The notes below the pieces were generated by a model. It searched no databases. It had not been told where the DNA came from and saw only the letters and a program-made list of their open reading frames with translations. The position numbers and the translations under genes were made by a program. Below are positions 1-8,654 of a stretch of 54,245 nucleotides of DNA, one piece after another. Source of the DNA: an uncultured Gammaproteobacteria bacterium (GTDB lineage Bacteria; Patescibacteriota; Patescibacteriia; Magasanikbacterales; UBA922); contig CAZFTR010000007.1 of the NCBI GenBank assembly GCA_964522405.1, forward strand, positions 1 through 54,245, written 5' to 3'. Each line of letters begins with the position of its first letter. The first letter of the stretch is position 1.

Positions 1-97
1 CGGAGAATGGTGTTATCACCAGCTATGAATTCATCACAGTTTTGGAGTTTCTTTATGAGCATATATTTATAATCAGTTAGCTTATTTAAAACAAAAT

Positions 98-475
98 TTA
101 TTCATTTTTTTGCTTCAATTTAAAATTTAAAGATATCGAATTTACACAATGACGGATATTTTTCTCTGTTAAACCTTCATCTTCGAAAACATGTCCCAAA
201 TGCCCTCCACAATTATTACAGAGTATTTCAGTTCTTAGGCCATCTGCATCTTTAACTTTTTTGATAGCATCAGCTATTTGATCATCAAAACTTGGCCAGC
301 CACAGTCTGATCTAAATTTATGATCTGATGTGAATAGGGGGGCATCGCATTGCTTGCAAGTATAAATCCCATGTTCAAAGTGTTTGTTATACTCTCCTGA
401 GAAAGGTGCCTCAGTTCCTTTGTCAAGAATTACCTTTTTCTCTTCTGGGTTGAGTGAATTGTATTGATCTTTCAT
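98..475 (-). CDS. msrB: Peptide-methionine (R)-S-oxide reductase MsrB
   Basis: 125-aa ORF with two CxxC zinc pairs (CKQC, CNNC) plus the CGWPSF and RHCVNS motifs typical of MsrB/SelR. Confidence 0.9.
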   Translation of the reverse strand: MKDQYNSLNPEEKKVILDKGTEAPFSGEYNKHFEHGIYTCKQCDAPLFTSDHKFRSDCGWPSFDDQIADAIKKVKDADGLRTEILCNNCGGHLGHVFEDEGLTEKNIRHCVNSISLNFKLKQKNE

Positions 476-485
476 AGTTTTGTTT

Positions 486-1061
486 CTATTTTAGTTCAGC
501 ATGGCTGAACAAAACTTTAAATGGTACACACCAGACCAGTGCTTTATTGTATTTCTCAAGGTCTGCACCATCTGGAATAGTATAATTAACATTTCCTTTG
601 GTAGCTCTGATCTCTCCCAGATCAATAAAATCAGTAGCGTCTAAGCTTGAGGCCAAATAAATGTGTAGATTTGGTCCATTTACAGTTTCAAAATCCTCGA
701 AACGTAGAATATTTGAATCTCCGTTTTGGATTAATTTAGCATTACCCATAACTTCATGTGCATCTTCTTTGAAAACTCCCTGAGCTAATAATTTTACAGT
801 AGGAGGCATTTCCTCTTTTTTGATCATGGTTATTTTCTTGGCTACTACCATTTCTTTTTCAAATTCTTCTCTAACATCCTTCTCCATTTTTTCTATTTGA
901 TCGTTTATTTCTGGTTCAGAAATTTGTATTTCTATTTCAGATTCAACCAGGGGTGTTTCATCTTGTACCTCAATTACTCTCCAGAGAGGGGAGATCAGAT
1001 AATAAGCCACAGCTAAAACAATCACTAGGAAAATTACTATAATCGATTTTTTTTTATTCAT
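486..1061 (-). CDS. DM13 domain-containing protein with N-terminal membrane anchor
   Basis: 191-aa ORF. It has an N-terminal hydrophobic helix ([17 protein letters not shown]). The C-terminal stretch [42 protein letters not shown] matches the DM13 pattern (G.F...H..G.a......L.l..F.t.nGPdL.vyL). Confidence 0.65.
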   Translation of the reverse strand: MNKKKSIIVIFLVIVLAVAYYLISPLWRVIEVQDETPLVESEIEIQISEPEINDQIEKMEKDVREEFEKEMVVAKKITMIKKEEMPPTVKLLAQGVFKEDAHEVMGNAKLIQNGDSNILRFEDFETVNGPNLHIYLASSLDATDFIDLGEIRATKGNVNYTIPDGADLEKYNKALVWCVPFKVLFSHAELK

Positions 1062-1076
1062 ATTTTAATTTAAATA

Positions 1077-1286
1077 TTAATTAAACTTTTTAATTATTTT
1101 TTTTTGATTTCGAAAAAATTTATTTGCAATAGTGTTAGTCGCAACAAATACTACAATGAAAATCAGGCTTTCAACAAAGAAACTTTTTTCTTCTAAAAAA
1201 CCACGACTTGCTCGTGCAATAATTGCAGCTAAGAAAATCGAAATGAAAATTACTGTAGATTTCCTCTTTTTTTGCTCAGGAGTCAT
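1077..1286 (-). CDS. Small hypothetical membrane protein
   Basis: 69-aa ORF with two hydrophobic segments. It overlaps the stop of the upstream ORF on the same strand. No recognisable family. Confidence 0.45.
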   Translation of the reverse strand: MTPEQKKRKSTVIFISIFLAAIIARASRGFLEEKSFFVESLIFIVVFVATNTIANKFFRNQKKIIKKFN

Positions 1287-1608
1287 ATTTTTTATTTTTC
1301 TTAATAATTTTAATACCTTTTAGGCCAAAAAATAATAAAACAAGAATAAATATTTTTAAAATATAATGACCACCTAAATCTAGAAAATCCCTAGTCATAG
1401 GAGTGATACTCCCAACAAGTAGATGTACAACAATTCCTATTGGCAAAGTTAAAAAAAGCCAATTTCTTTTTGGAATATCTACCCGAAGTTTTAAAAAAAG
1501 TTTAGATAAAAATGGAGCAAGTAAATAGATTCCAATAAAAGAAGCTACAAAATCAAAGACTGCGTATTCTGCAATTCTAAATTGTCTGAGGAATTCTATT
1601 GGGGGCAT
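1276..1608 (-). CDS. Hypothetical integral membrane protein
   Basis: 110-aa ORF with 3-4 predicted hydrophobic helices, in the same orientation as its neighbours. No recognisable family. Confidence 0.55.
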   Translation of the reverse strand: MPPIEFLRQFRIAEYAVFDFVASFIGIYLLAPFLSKLFLKLRVDIPKRNWLFLTLPIGIVVHLLVGSITPMTRDFLDLGGHYILKIFILVLLFFGLKGIKIIKKNKKYDS

Positions 1609-1738
1609 ATAAATTTATTCATTATATTTGTAGTGCTGCAGTGTTTTTTGGGAAGTAGAACGAGTAGTTCTATATATATGATAGCAGATTATTGACAAAT
1701 AAAGGTGGCGGAGGAAGTTAGGAGGAGGGTTTTCATAT

Positions 1739-1990
1739 TTATATGGTGGAATTTTTCGGTTTGGTGTAGTCAATTGTATGATCACACTCATTTGTTTTTT
1801 CGCAATCATTAACTCCGTCACCATCCAAGTCCCAACTTGGATGCATTTTTTTGGTATTTTCTATTTTGTTGCCGTCAACATCGTAGCCAGGTTTACTTGC
1901 TAAGTAGTTGAATTTGTACATTCCAGCGAGAGCAATTATGGCGACTACTGTGATGAAGATGATGATGGTGATTTTAAGAATTTTTTTCAT
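1739..1990 (-). CDS. Small anchored/secreted hypothetical protein with a DxDxDG-like calcium-binding motif
   Basis: 83-aa ORF with an N-terminal hydrophobic anchor (ILKITIIIFITVVAIIALAG) and a DLDGDGVNDCE motif. Confidence 0.55.
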   Translation of the reverse strand: MKKILKITIIIFITVVAIIALAGMYKFNYLASKPGYDVDGNKIENTKKMHPSWDLDGDGVNDCEKTNECDHTIDYTKPKNSTI

Positions 1991-2013
1991 AAGTGGGTGT
2001 TAAGAGTCAAATT

Positions 2014-2466
2014 TCAATCATTTTTCAAATGAAGTAATTCTTTACATTCGTTTCTCATAAACTCTTCAATAAGTTCTAATTTTGGAGTGCCGTTTTTTAT
2101 AATTTCAGAAGCCGGAACATAAACTCTCCATGGATGCTCCTCGGTTTGATCATCTCGGCTGGCTCCGTATACAATTCCTTTCATTTTCGCCCAGACAGCA
2201 GCAGAAGCACACATTGGACATGGTTCATAGGTAGTATACAAGTAACAATCAATTAGCTTATTACCAAGCTTTTTGGCTGCTGCTCTTATGGTATTTATCT
2301 CAGCGTGTGCAGTGGGATCAATGTCTCTTCTTACAGATGTAAAAGCTTCAGAAATTACCTCATCACCCTTAACTATTATCGCTGCGACTGCGTGACCGCC
2401 TTCCTGGTGTTTTGCTTTGGCTAAGTTGATGGCTTTTTCCATTATATTTTTATTTGGGTGGTTCAT
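2014..2466 (-). CDS. Zinc-dependent nucleoside/nucleotide deaminase (CMP/dCMP deaminase fold, TadA/GuaD-like)
   Basis: 150-aa ORF with HAEINTIR (H-A-E zinc/catalytic motif) and EPCPMCASAAVWA (PCxxC motif). Confidence 0.8.
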   Translation of the reverse strand: MNHPNKNIMEKAINLAKAKHQEGGHAVAAIIVKGDEVISEAFTSVRRDIDPTAHAEINTIRAAAKKLGNKLIDCYLYTTYEPCPMCASAAVWAKMKGIVYGASRDDQTEEHPWRVYVPASEIIKNGTPKLELIEEFMRNECKELLHLKND

Positions 2467-2571
2467 AAAGGGGTGGGGTTGGGATATTTCATATAACGTT
2501 AGGGATATACGAAGTTTTTCTGTAGCGTAGCGGAAGAAAAATTTGGGTGAAGCCCGAGCCGAGGGCTGAAC

Positions 2572-2648
2572 CGTATATCCCTTGTTAAGTGACCCGAACG
2601 AAACGAAGTGTAGTGAGAGCGCAGCGTGGCTTGAGTTTTATTTTTGCC
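2572..2648. repeat. Left arm of the inverted repeat bracketing the GIY-YIG gene
   Basis: CGTATATCCCTTGTTAAGTGA (2572-2592) and TTTTATTTTTGCC (2636-2648) are matched by the reverse complement of 3562-3600. The left arm carries an extra ~43-nt insert. 2572-2590 also pairs with 2494-2511 (TAACGTTAGGGATATACG) to form a local hairpin. Confidence 0.7.
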
Positions 2649-2669
2649 GTTATACATCAAGTAGAAACA

Positions 2670-3515
2670 TTAAGAGGAAGAACTATTTTTTCTAATTTTT
2701 TCATCCATTGTTTTGCCATTTTTATCCTTCCATTCAGTCCAACCATTAGCACGTCTTGCAAGGATTACTGCTGCGGATGCACTAGGAGAATTAAATAGAT
2801 AATCTTCTGTAAAAATTAAAACTGAGCCATCTTGTTTTAAAATTCCTTTTTCAATTAAATTTTTACGCATGCCTGTAACCCATGTTCCAGCAGTTTTTGA
2901 TTCTTCAAGATTCGCTTTAGAATTTTTAAAGATAAGAAAACCATCTTCAGTATATTCACCAGTAGCGTAAGCATCTCTTCCTTTGCAAAAATATGTTTTT
3001 GATTGGTCTTTCTTAGATTCTTCAAAAATTGGAAAACCTAAAGTTGCAATAAGAAGTTTTAAATCATCAAAAAAACTCATTACAAAATCTTGATCTTGTT
3101 CAGTTAAACTAGATTGTGTTGGATTAGTGTTATTTTCTAATTCGCATTTATTGATTTTTTTTGCTTGAGAACAAGAATAATTTTCTAAATATTTTATGTG
3201 TGCTTTGTTTATGTTCTTTTTTTCTGAAACAAAACAAATAACTGAATTCCAAAAATCTTTTGAAGAATTATGCTGTTTTATTCTTGTTATTAAAACTTCT
3301 GCTTCACCAATATAAATTCTAGGTTTTCCAATTTCATTTTGTTCACCAATTAAAAAATAAATTCCTGGATCTTGTAATTCTTGTCTTTTTACTGCATCTG
3401 CTAATTTGTTTCTGGGGATAAAAATGGCTTTAACAATACCATCTTTAGTATCACAAATCTTAATTCCTCTTGGATTTGCATCTGGTATATAAATTGAAAT
3501 AGTTCTTCCTCTCAT
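2670..3515 (-). CDS. GIY-YIG nuclease family protein with DUF4357-like C-terminal domain
   Basis: 281-aa ORF. The GIY-YIG signature is GIYFLIG...RIYIGEAEVLITRIKQH. The C-terminal segment SPSASAAVILARRANGWTEWKD resembles DUF4357. Confidence 0.8.
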   Translation of the reverse strand: MRGRTISIYIPDANPRGIKICDTKDGIVKAIFIPRNKLADAVKRQELQDPGIYFLIGEQNEIGKPRIYIGEAEVLITRIKQHNSSKDFWNSVICFVSEKKNINKAHIKYLENYSCSQAKKINKCELENNTNPTQSSLTEQDQDFVMSFFDDLKLLIATLGFPIFEESKKDQSKTYFCKGRDAYATGEYTEDGFLIFKNSKANLEESKTAGTWVTGMRKNLIEKGILKQDGSVLIFTEDYLFNSPSASAAVILARRANGWTEWKDKNGKTMDEKIRKNSSSS

Positions 3516-3561
3516 AATAATTGTTATTATTTAATAGAATATAAATGTTTCCTCATTGGTA

Positions 3562-3600
3562 GGCAAAAATAAAATTTCACTTAACGTTTGCGTATATACG
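3562..3600. repeat. Right arm of the inverted repeat bracketing the GIY-YIG gene
   Basis: GGCAAAAATAAAA (3562-3574) and TCACTTAACGTTTGCGTATATACG (3577-3600) are the reverse complement of the left-arm blocks. Confidence 0.7.
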
Positions 3601-3625
3601 ATCGTTTTAATGTCGTATATGCGTT

Positions 3626-3693
3626 GTTGCACGATGTAAGTTTAAAATTCACCGTTTATTTTATTAAAAAATTTTAAACTTATTTTGTGCAAC
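3626..3693. repeat. Long AT-rich hairpin (24-nt arms, 20-nt loop)
   Basis: GTTGCACGATGTAAGTTTAAAATT (3626-3649) pairs with AATTTTAAACTTATTTTGTGCAAC (3670-3693); 20 of 24 positions are complementary. Confidence 0.6.
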
Positions 3694-3780
3694 TCGCTTT
3701 TATACGAACTTTTAATCTTAATTTATACTGATATGGAACATTAGGCGAACTATCTAATATATTTTCACTTCAAACCAACC

Positions 3781-3960
3781 CTACTTCTTATAACAATTAA
3801 AACACCTCGCCCTATTTCTAGGAATTAAAGTAATTTTACATCTCGGGCATTTGCGCTTGCCGTAGGTATTAAAATCTGTCTTTTTTTCTTTACTAAGACA
3901 GCTGAAACATTTGCTAAATCCAGATTTTACTGTTTTGTAGCATCGTTTACAGCTTGGCAT
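3781..3960 (-). CDS. 59-aa four-CxxC zinc-ribbon mini-protein (below the ORF-track cutoff)
   Basis: Hand translation: MPSCKRCYKTVKSGFSKCFSCLSKEKKTDFNTYGKRKCPRCKITLIPRNRARCFNCYKK*. The ATG lies 9 nt after the stop of the upstream same-strand gene. No SD is visible. Confidence 0.4.
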   Translation of the reverse strand: MPSCKRCYKTVKSGFSKCFSCLSKEKKTDFNTYGKRKCPRCKITLIPRNRARCFNCYKK

Positions 3961-3969
3961 ATTATTAGT

Positions 3970-4524
3970 TTATCTAGTTTCTCTCACAAAAACCAACCTC
4001 CTCACCCCAACAAACCCCAACTCAACAGCTCCAACGAGAATCCCTGTATAAAACAAATCACCCATCAAACTATTCCGAAAAAACGGCACAGCCATGGCAT
4101 AGCTCTCCATCAAACCAGCAAAATTGTGAACATACATAGTTCCAAATGCCCAAACTGCTGCGTTTGTAATTAGGAAAAACAAAACTGACCCAAGTACTGT
4201 TCCGCCGAGGATTGTATGCCATTTTTTATTTCGCTTCACAAGTCTTCCTACTGCAAACATGAGTACAAAACTTGTGTAGACTGCCAACATGACCCTCCAA
4301 TCATAGAGACCAATGATTAGATCACTAGTAAATAGAGCAACTAGGGGAACGACTAGGTAAATTCTCCGTGCCATATAGATCCCTGAGAAGATTGCTATCG
4401 CTCCTATAGGTGCAAAGTTTGCCGGGTGATCTATTAGCCGAGCGCTGAATCCCAGTATTATCAGCAGAACTACTATTCCCATTTTTACTAATTCTCCCTT
4501 TTCCCATTCTCTAAATTTTTTCAT
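3970..4524 (-). CDS. Small polytopic membrane protein, candidate B12 permease (solitary ECF S-component / DUF6580-like)
   Basis: 184-aa ORF with about 5-6 hydrophobic helices and an ANFAPIGAIAIFSG motif. It is the distal gene of a cobalamin-riboswitch-led operon. The function is inferred from context only. Confidence 0.7.
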   Translation of the reverse strand: MKKFREWEKGELVKMGIVVLLIILGFSARLIDHPANFAPIGAIAIFSGIYMARRIYLVVPLVALFTSDLIIGLYDWRVMLAVYTSFVLMFAVGRLVKRNKKWHTILGGTVLGSVLFFLITNAAVWAFGTMYVHNFAGLMESYAMAVPFFRNSLMGDLFYTGILVGAVELGFVGVRRLVFVRETR

Positions 4525-4900
4525 ATCTAAATTCTATTATCGTGTCTGGCGCAAGCACTAACCCCTCATTGTATTCTTGTTCCTCTCCGTTTATATATAA
4601 GATCCATTTTTTCAGCTGTGTTGAAAGTATTCCATCTAGTTCTGTAATCACTTCTTTGTCTTGCATCTGTGATTTGATCTCTAACTGCAGTTCTTCTACT
4701 ATTTTTCCCAGTTCTGTATCTGTTTCTGAGAAGAAGGATTTTTGTTCTACACCATTTAGTCCTGTTCTCACTTTTACTATATATTCCATTCCAGTTACTG
4801 TTGGTTCATCTGGGACTTGCTCTATTTCTTTTTTGGCGCAGCCTGTGCCGAGTAGGAGTACGACTGACAAAACTAGGAGAATTGTTTTTGTGTTTTTCAT
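4511..4900 (-). CDS. DUF4430-type (transcobalamin beta-domain-like) lipoprotein
   Basis: 129-aa ORF. Signal peptide with lipobox LLGTGC. The C-terminal segment WILYINGEEQEYNEGLVLAPDTIIEFRY resembles DUF4430. Confidence 0.75.
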   Translation of the reverse strand: MKNTKTILLVLSVVLLLGTGCAKKEIEQVPDEPTVTGMEYIVKVRTGLNGVEQKSFFSETDTELGKIVEELQLEIKSQMQDKEVITELDGILSTQLKKWILYINGEEQEYNEGLVLAPDTIIEFRYEKI

Positions 4901-4924
4901 ACCTTTGTTTTAGCTGAAATAATT

Positions 4925-5058
4925 TGTCATCCCGAGCGACAGCCGAGGGATCCCTGTCTATTCAGTAAAATGAGCGAATTAAGAATGAAATACTGTACTG
5001 CATAGACAGGGATCCCTCGATTCCGTCTGCTTTTCAGCAGACTCCACTCGGGATGACA
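4925..5058. repeat. MITE/REP-like palindromic element, copy A
   Basis: Termini are TGTCATCCCGAG ... CTCGGGATGACA. Inner arms are CGAGGGATCCCTGTCTAT / ATAGACAGGGATCCCTCG. The reverse complement of its right half matches the left half of the copy at 11712-11859 at about 50 of 57 positions. Confidence 0.7.
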
Positions 5059-5064
5059 ACTTCA

Positions 5065-8000
5065 TTATACCAGAGTCTTCAGCAACCTCCAACCTAGAAA
5101 TGCTCCTGCTGCCAGACTTGCAGCAAGTGCGCTACCAAATACTTTTCTGGCTGTTTTTTGCAATGGTCCTTCGCTTGATATTTCCTGATCTCCTACTAAA
5201 ACCGCTTCTTTCTGGTTTTCCTCATCTACTGGTTCTTCTGGTTTATCATCAGACAGTGGTTCAGCTAGGACCTGTTTTTCAAGTTCCTTTTCTTCTACTT
5301 GCTCTTCAGCAACCGCAGTCACTGGTATTTCTACCACTGGATTTGTGGCAGTCTGGCGTGGACTTGTGTCTGTTGAAGTTTGTGGATTAACCTCATGGGA
5401 TTTTTCTTCTTTAACTGGCTGGTCTTCTAGCATCTCTTCTGTTTCTATTATCTCATTCAAAGTTTCCTTTTCTTCTATAATTTCTATTTCCGGAACTTTC
5501 ACTGTCAAAAGATCAATCAATGAAATCGTTTTCTTTACTTCTTTTTTTGGTGCTGCCGGTGGTGGGGCAGGGGAATCATTTACCACTGTTTCTACTACCA
5601 ATGCACTTGCATCCCATGAGGCAGAGATTACCTGCAAGGCATATGATGTTGACCAAACTTGGTTGCTGGTTCCAAAACTTCCGTCTGAACTCTGAGAATC
5701 TAGTAAGTACTTAAGTGGGTTGGTTGAGTTTATGCTCCAGTCAGATAAATCTGTTTCTCCAAGTTCAAATAACGCATCTAGTGCCCAACTGGTTGTGTCT
5801 ATGTTATTGTTTATGCTTCCATCTGTTTGCAAGCTCTCTTTTAGTTCTGATCGAAGGCTTACTACTTGCTCATCAGAAGAATTTTTTGTAACTAGAAGTG
5901 CTCGAATTGTTGCTGCGCGCAAATCCAGTCCTGAAACGAAATTTTCTACTTCCAGATTGGTTTCCATATAGCTTGTAAGCTCCAGAATTAGCTCTGAACA
6001 ACAATTTAATGAGTCCAGGCTAAGAATACCGAATATTACTTCATTTGCTGCTAAATTGTCTTCTAAAAGACCTTGCTCAAGAATAGGCACCAGTGTTGTT
6101 TGAAACCCATTAGTTTCCAGTCCTAGTGCTGTTCTGGCTAATATTTGTCTCTCAATTCCTGTAGTAATTTGATCAATTTCTTGTGCGCTTAGATATGTTT
6201 TTAGTGAATCTTTACTTGTTTGCAAGCCACTATAATCTTCAGTAATATCTCCATAAGCAATCGCAACCCAATCTGAGAACATTTCACTGCCAAAGCCACC
6301 GTCTTGATCCTGATTTGCAATTAGAAATTGGATTGCAGAATAGATTGCCGACTGAAACTGATCATATGTGTTTGTGTTCGGATCAGGATCACCGCCACTT
6401 GCTGGTGGAGAGGCTGGCGGTGAAGATGGGGGAGTTGTATCATCTTCCTCCTCTTCTACAATCGGCTCAATTCCTGTCACAGTGGTTTCAGCACTATCCA
6501 CAAATCCAGTTTTTGTACCACTGATTGTATATGTTGTTGTAGTTGTTATTTCTAGAGAATAGACTCCGTCGGTTGTGGTCACTACTTCTGAATTGACTGT
6601 CACACTACTACTTGCAGCAGCAGACCAAACAGGAGAGAATGTTGCAGGATCAAAGCCAAATTCCAGGACTGTTAGATTTACATTTGTTCCAACTTCCTGA
6701 TTTGCGCTTGAAGATTCAATTCTAAGCGGCATTGTTCCATAAGTAAGCAGAATTTGATCAGTTTCACTGGGAATATATTCATTTAAGGCTTCACTGGCAA
6801 AGTCTAAATTATGGAAAAATGCCCACCAGTTCCAGTCTGTTCCATCATAGCCATTTATTTTTGAAAGAAAAACTTGTCCATCATAGTTTGAACCTTCTAC
6901 AGTCCAGTCTTCCTGTGCTCCAAGTTGTTTGATTGCACACCAAGCACTTAGAGCATATTCACCACTGTCTTCTACAGCTTCACAAGCAGTAAACTCAAAA
7001 CTTCCATTGAACAGTGTTGTGTCATAAGTCTCAATTTGAATATTTGTGATTGCTGTAGGAAGTGCAGGAGTTATACTAATTTCTGAGCTGGCAATAAAAC
7101 CAGCTTTACTAGTGCTTGCAATATATGTTGTTGAGCTACCTGTAGTTAAAATATAAGTTCCATCAGCTGAATCATATCCAATCCCATTTATGGTAACTGT
7201 TGAGCTGGATGACTCAAGCCAAACAGGGGAGTAGGTAGTAGGATCAAAGCCAAATTCATAAGCTGTAATAGTTGTTTCAGCTCCAAAAGCAGGAGAAAGA
7301 TCACTGACTTCAATTTTCATGGGCATGATTCCGTAAGAAAGTAATATATCCTCGCCATATGCTGGAATATATTCGTTCAGTGCTTCACTTGCAAACTCAA
7401 GATTGTGAAAAAAAGCCCACCAATTCCAATCTGCTCCATCATAGCCATTTATTTTTGAAAGAAAAACTTGTCCATCATAGTTTGAACCTTCTAGTGTCCA
7501 GCCTTCTTGGATTCCTAGCTGGTCAATGGCACACCAAGTACTTAAGCTATAGGTTGTTTGACCTTCTGCAATTGGACACTCTGTATAAGTGAACTCTCCA
7601 CTATATAAAACTTGATCATATGTTTCCAAGTGTAGATTGACCGCATTTGTTTCAAGAGCTTCAAGAGTAAACGACAAAGAAGTAGAAAGTTCTGCAAATT
7701 CAGAAGAATTTACAGAAACAGTATTCTCTGTAACTCCATCACGAATCAGACATTCTTCACTTAGTAGAAATGAATTTGAAACTGAATTCAAATTAAGTGT
7801 ACTTGAAACAGTATCCACTCTATCCAGGATATTTAGTTCTATGCTCAGTTCTCCGCTTGTATCACAAACCGGCTCAGCATATTCAAAACTAATAATTTCA
7901 GTATTTTCTATTGCAGAGCTTGCTGAAATACTAACGCTTCCTGGATTAAAACTATTTAAATTAATCTCAGATGAGCTTGTTGTGGCTCCATGAGCAACAC

Positions 8001-8079
8001 TTGGTGACAGGCAAACTACTGCAAAGGCGATGATCTGCAAAATTCTCTTAGTATTCAGAATCTTCATAAGTCCATTCAA
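5065..8079 (-). CDS. Large surface-anchored transcobalamin-like protein (2x DUF4430 modules, alpha/alpha-toroid prenyltransferase-like domain, C-terminal TM anchor)
   Basis: 1004-aa ORF with a signal peptide. Two tandem ~290-aa repeats contain YDGQVFLSKINGYDG.DWNWWAFFHNL.FASEALNEYIP. A P/S/E-rich linker follows. QDGGFGS-type repeats (IQFLIANQDQDGGFGSEMFSDW, LLDSQSSDGSFG) suggest a terpenoid-cyclase-like fold. The C-terminal helix is VFGSALAASLAAGAFLGW. M5 (8067) is an alternative start. Confidence 0.8.
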   Translation of the reverse strand: MNGLMKILNTKRILQIIAFAVVCLSPSVAHGATTSSSEINLNSFNPGSVSISASSAIENTEIISFEYAEPVCDTSGELSIELNILDRVDTVSSTLNLNSVSNSFLLSEECLIRDGVTENTVSVNSSEFAELSTSLSFTLEALETNAVNLHLETYDQVLYSGEFTYTECPIAEGQTTYSLSTWCAIDQLGIQEGWTLEGSNYDGQVFLSKINGYDGADWNWWAFFHNLEFASEALNEYIPAYGEDILLSYGIMPMKIEVSDLSPAFGAETTITAYEFGFDPTTYSPVWLESSSSTVTINGIGYDSADGTYILTTGSSTTYIASTSKAGFIASSEISITPALPTAITNIQIETYDTTLFNGSFEFTACEAVEDSGEYALSAWCAIKQLGAQEDWTVEGSNYDGQVFLSKINGYDGTDWNWWAFFHNLDFASEALNEYIPSETDQILLTYGTMPLRIESSSANQEVGTNVNLTVLEFGFDPATFSPVWSAAASSSVTVNSEVVTTTDGVYSLEITTTTTYTISGTKTGFVDSAETTVTGIEPIVEEEEDDTTPPSSPPASPPASGGDPDPNTNTYDQFQSAIYSAIQFLIANQDQDGGFGSEMFSDWVAIAYGDITEDYSGLQTSKDSLKTYLSAQEIDQITTGIERQILARTALGLETNGFQTTLVPILEQGLLEDNLAANEVIFGILSLDSLNCCSELILELTSYMETNLEVENFVSGLDLRAATIRALLVTKNSSDEQVVSLRSELKESLQTDGSINNNIDTTSWALDALFELGETDLSDWSINSTNPLKYLLDSQSSDGSFGTSNQVWSTSYALQVISASWDASALVVETVVNDSPAPPPAAPKKEVKKTISLIDLLTVKVPEIEIIEEKETLNEIIETEEMLEDQPVKEEKSHEVNPQTSTDTSPRQTATNPVVEIPVTAVAEEQVEEKELEKQVLAEPLSDDKPEEPVDEENQKEAVLVGDQEISSEGPLQKTARKVFGSALAASLAAGAFLGWRLLKTLV

Positions 8080-8641
8080 TTAAATTATTTTTAGTTATTA
8101 AATTATTTGAAATCCCAACCTTAGCTTTTTCTCCATCTACTGAATAAATCCAGTATTTATTAGATTTTGGATTATTTTTTACTCCATTTATCTCTGTTAC
8201 CATTTCTCCAAGAGTTTTTCCGTAATCTCTTGTAGTAAAACTAAAATCTGTTGAGTCTTGCATCAAGTTCATAACTTCCTGAACAGTTTTTTCACCTTCA
8301 AAGTCTAGGGTGTAAGTTTTTTCACCAACAATAAGTTTTGTGCCTACAGCTTCTGTTTTTACTGGAAGAATTTCGATTTTTAGATCTTTTACTTCTTTTT
8401 TTTCTACTTGAGAATTTGGAAGATCTTGCGTTTCCATGCTTGCTCTTGAGTCTTCCTCGCTTTCAAGTTGAAGATCTTGTTCAGTGTTGTAGTTTACATC
8501 CTCTGATTTTGTATTTATTGGAAGTTTTGAAACTTCATTTTCTGCATCAGAAAAAGCAAAATATCCGCTAATTGCAGTTACTAGAACAAAAGCAATGAAA
8601 ACAAATACCACTAATTTATGTTTCTTATAAAATTCAGACAT
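8048..8641 (-). CDS. Membrane-anchored DUF4430 domain protein
   Basis: 197-aa ORF with an N-terminal TM helix. The C-terminal segment GVKNNPKSNKYWIYSVDGEKAKVGISNNLITKNNLIEWTYE resembles DUF4430. It is the first gene after the riboswitch. Confidence 0.75.
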   Translation of the reverse strand: MSEFYKKHKLVVFVFIAFVLVTAISGYFAFSDAENEVSKLPINTKSEDVNYNTEQDLQLESEEDSRASMETQDLPNSQVEKKEVKDLKIEILPVKTEAVGTKLIVGEKTYTLDFEGEKTVQEVMNLMQDSTDFSFTTRDYGKTLGEMVTEINGVKNNPKSNKYWIYSVDGEKAKVGISNNLITKNNLIEWTYEDSEY

Positions 8642-8654
8642 AAAAAAATCTTTT

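Noticed and set aside
3-80. A possible 3' end of a plus-strand gene at the left window edge (...ENGVITSYEFITVLEFLYEHIFIIS*).
   Set aside because: Only 25 codons are visible, with no recognisable motif. That is too little evidence to call a feature.
1615-1824. A 69-aa minus-strand ORF overlapping the 3' end of 1739..1990.
   Set aside because: It overlaps a better-supported ORF and has an implausible composition. The purine-rich stretch GGTGGCGGAGGAAGTTAGGAGGAGGG at about 1704-1729 has no convincing downstream ORF either.
5100-7993. Numerous 60-120-aa plus-strand ORFs inside the 1004-aa gene. Similar antisense ORFs occur inside purB, folD, dnaX, clpB, cysS, gltX, the VirD4-like gene and others.
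   Set aside because: They are fully contained antisense to long, well-supported genes. They show no start context and have low-complexity translations.
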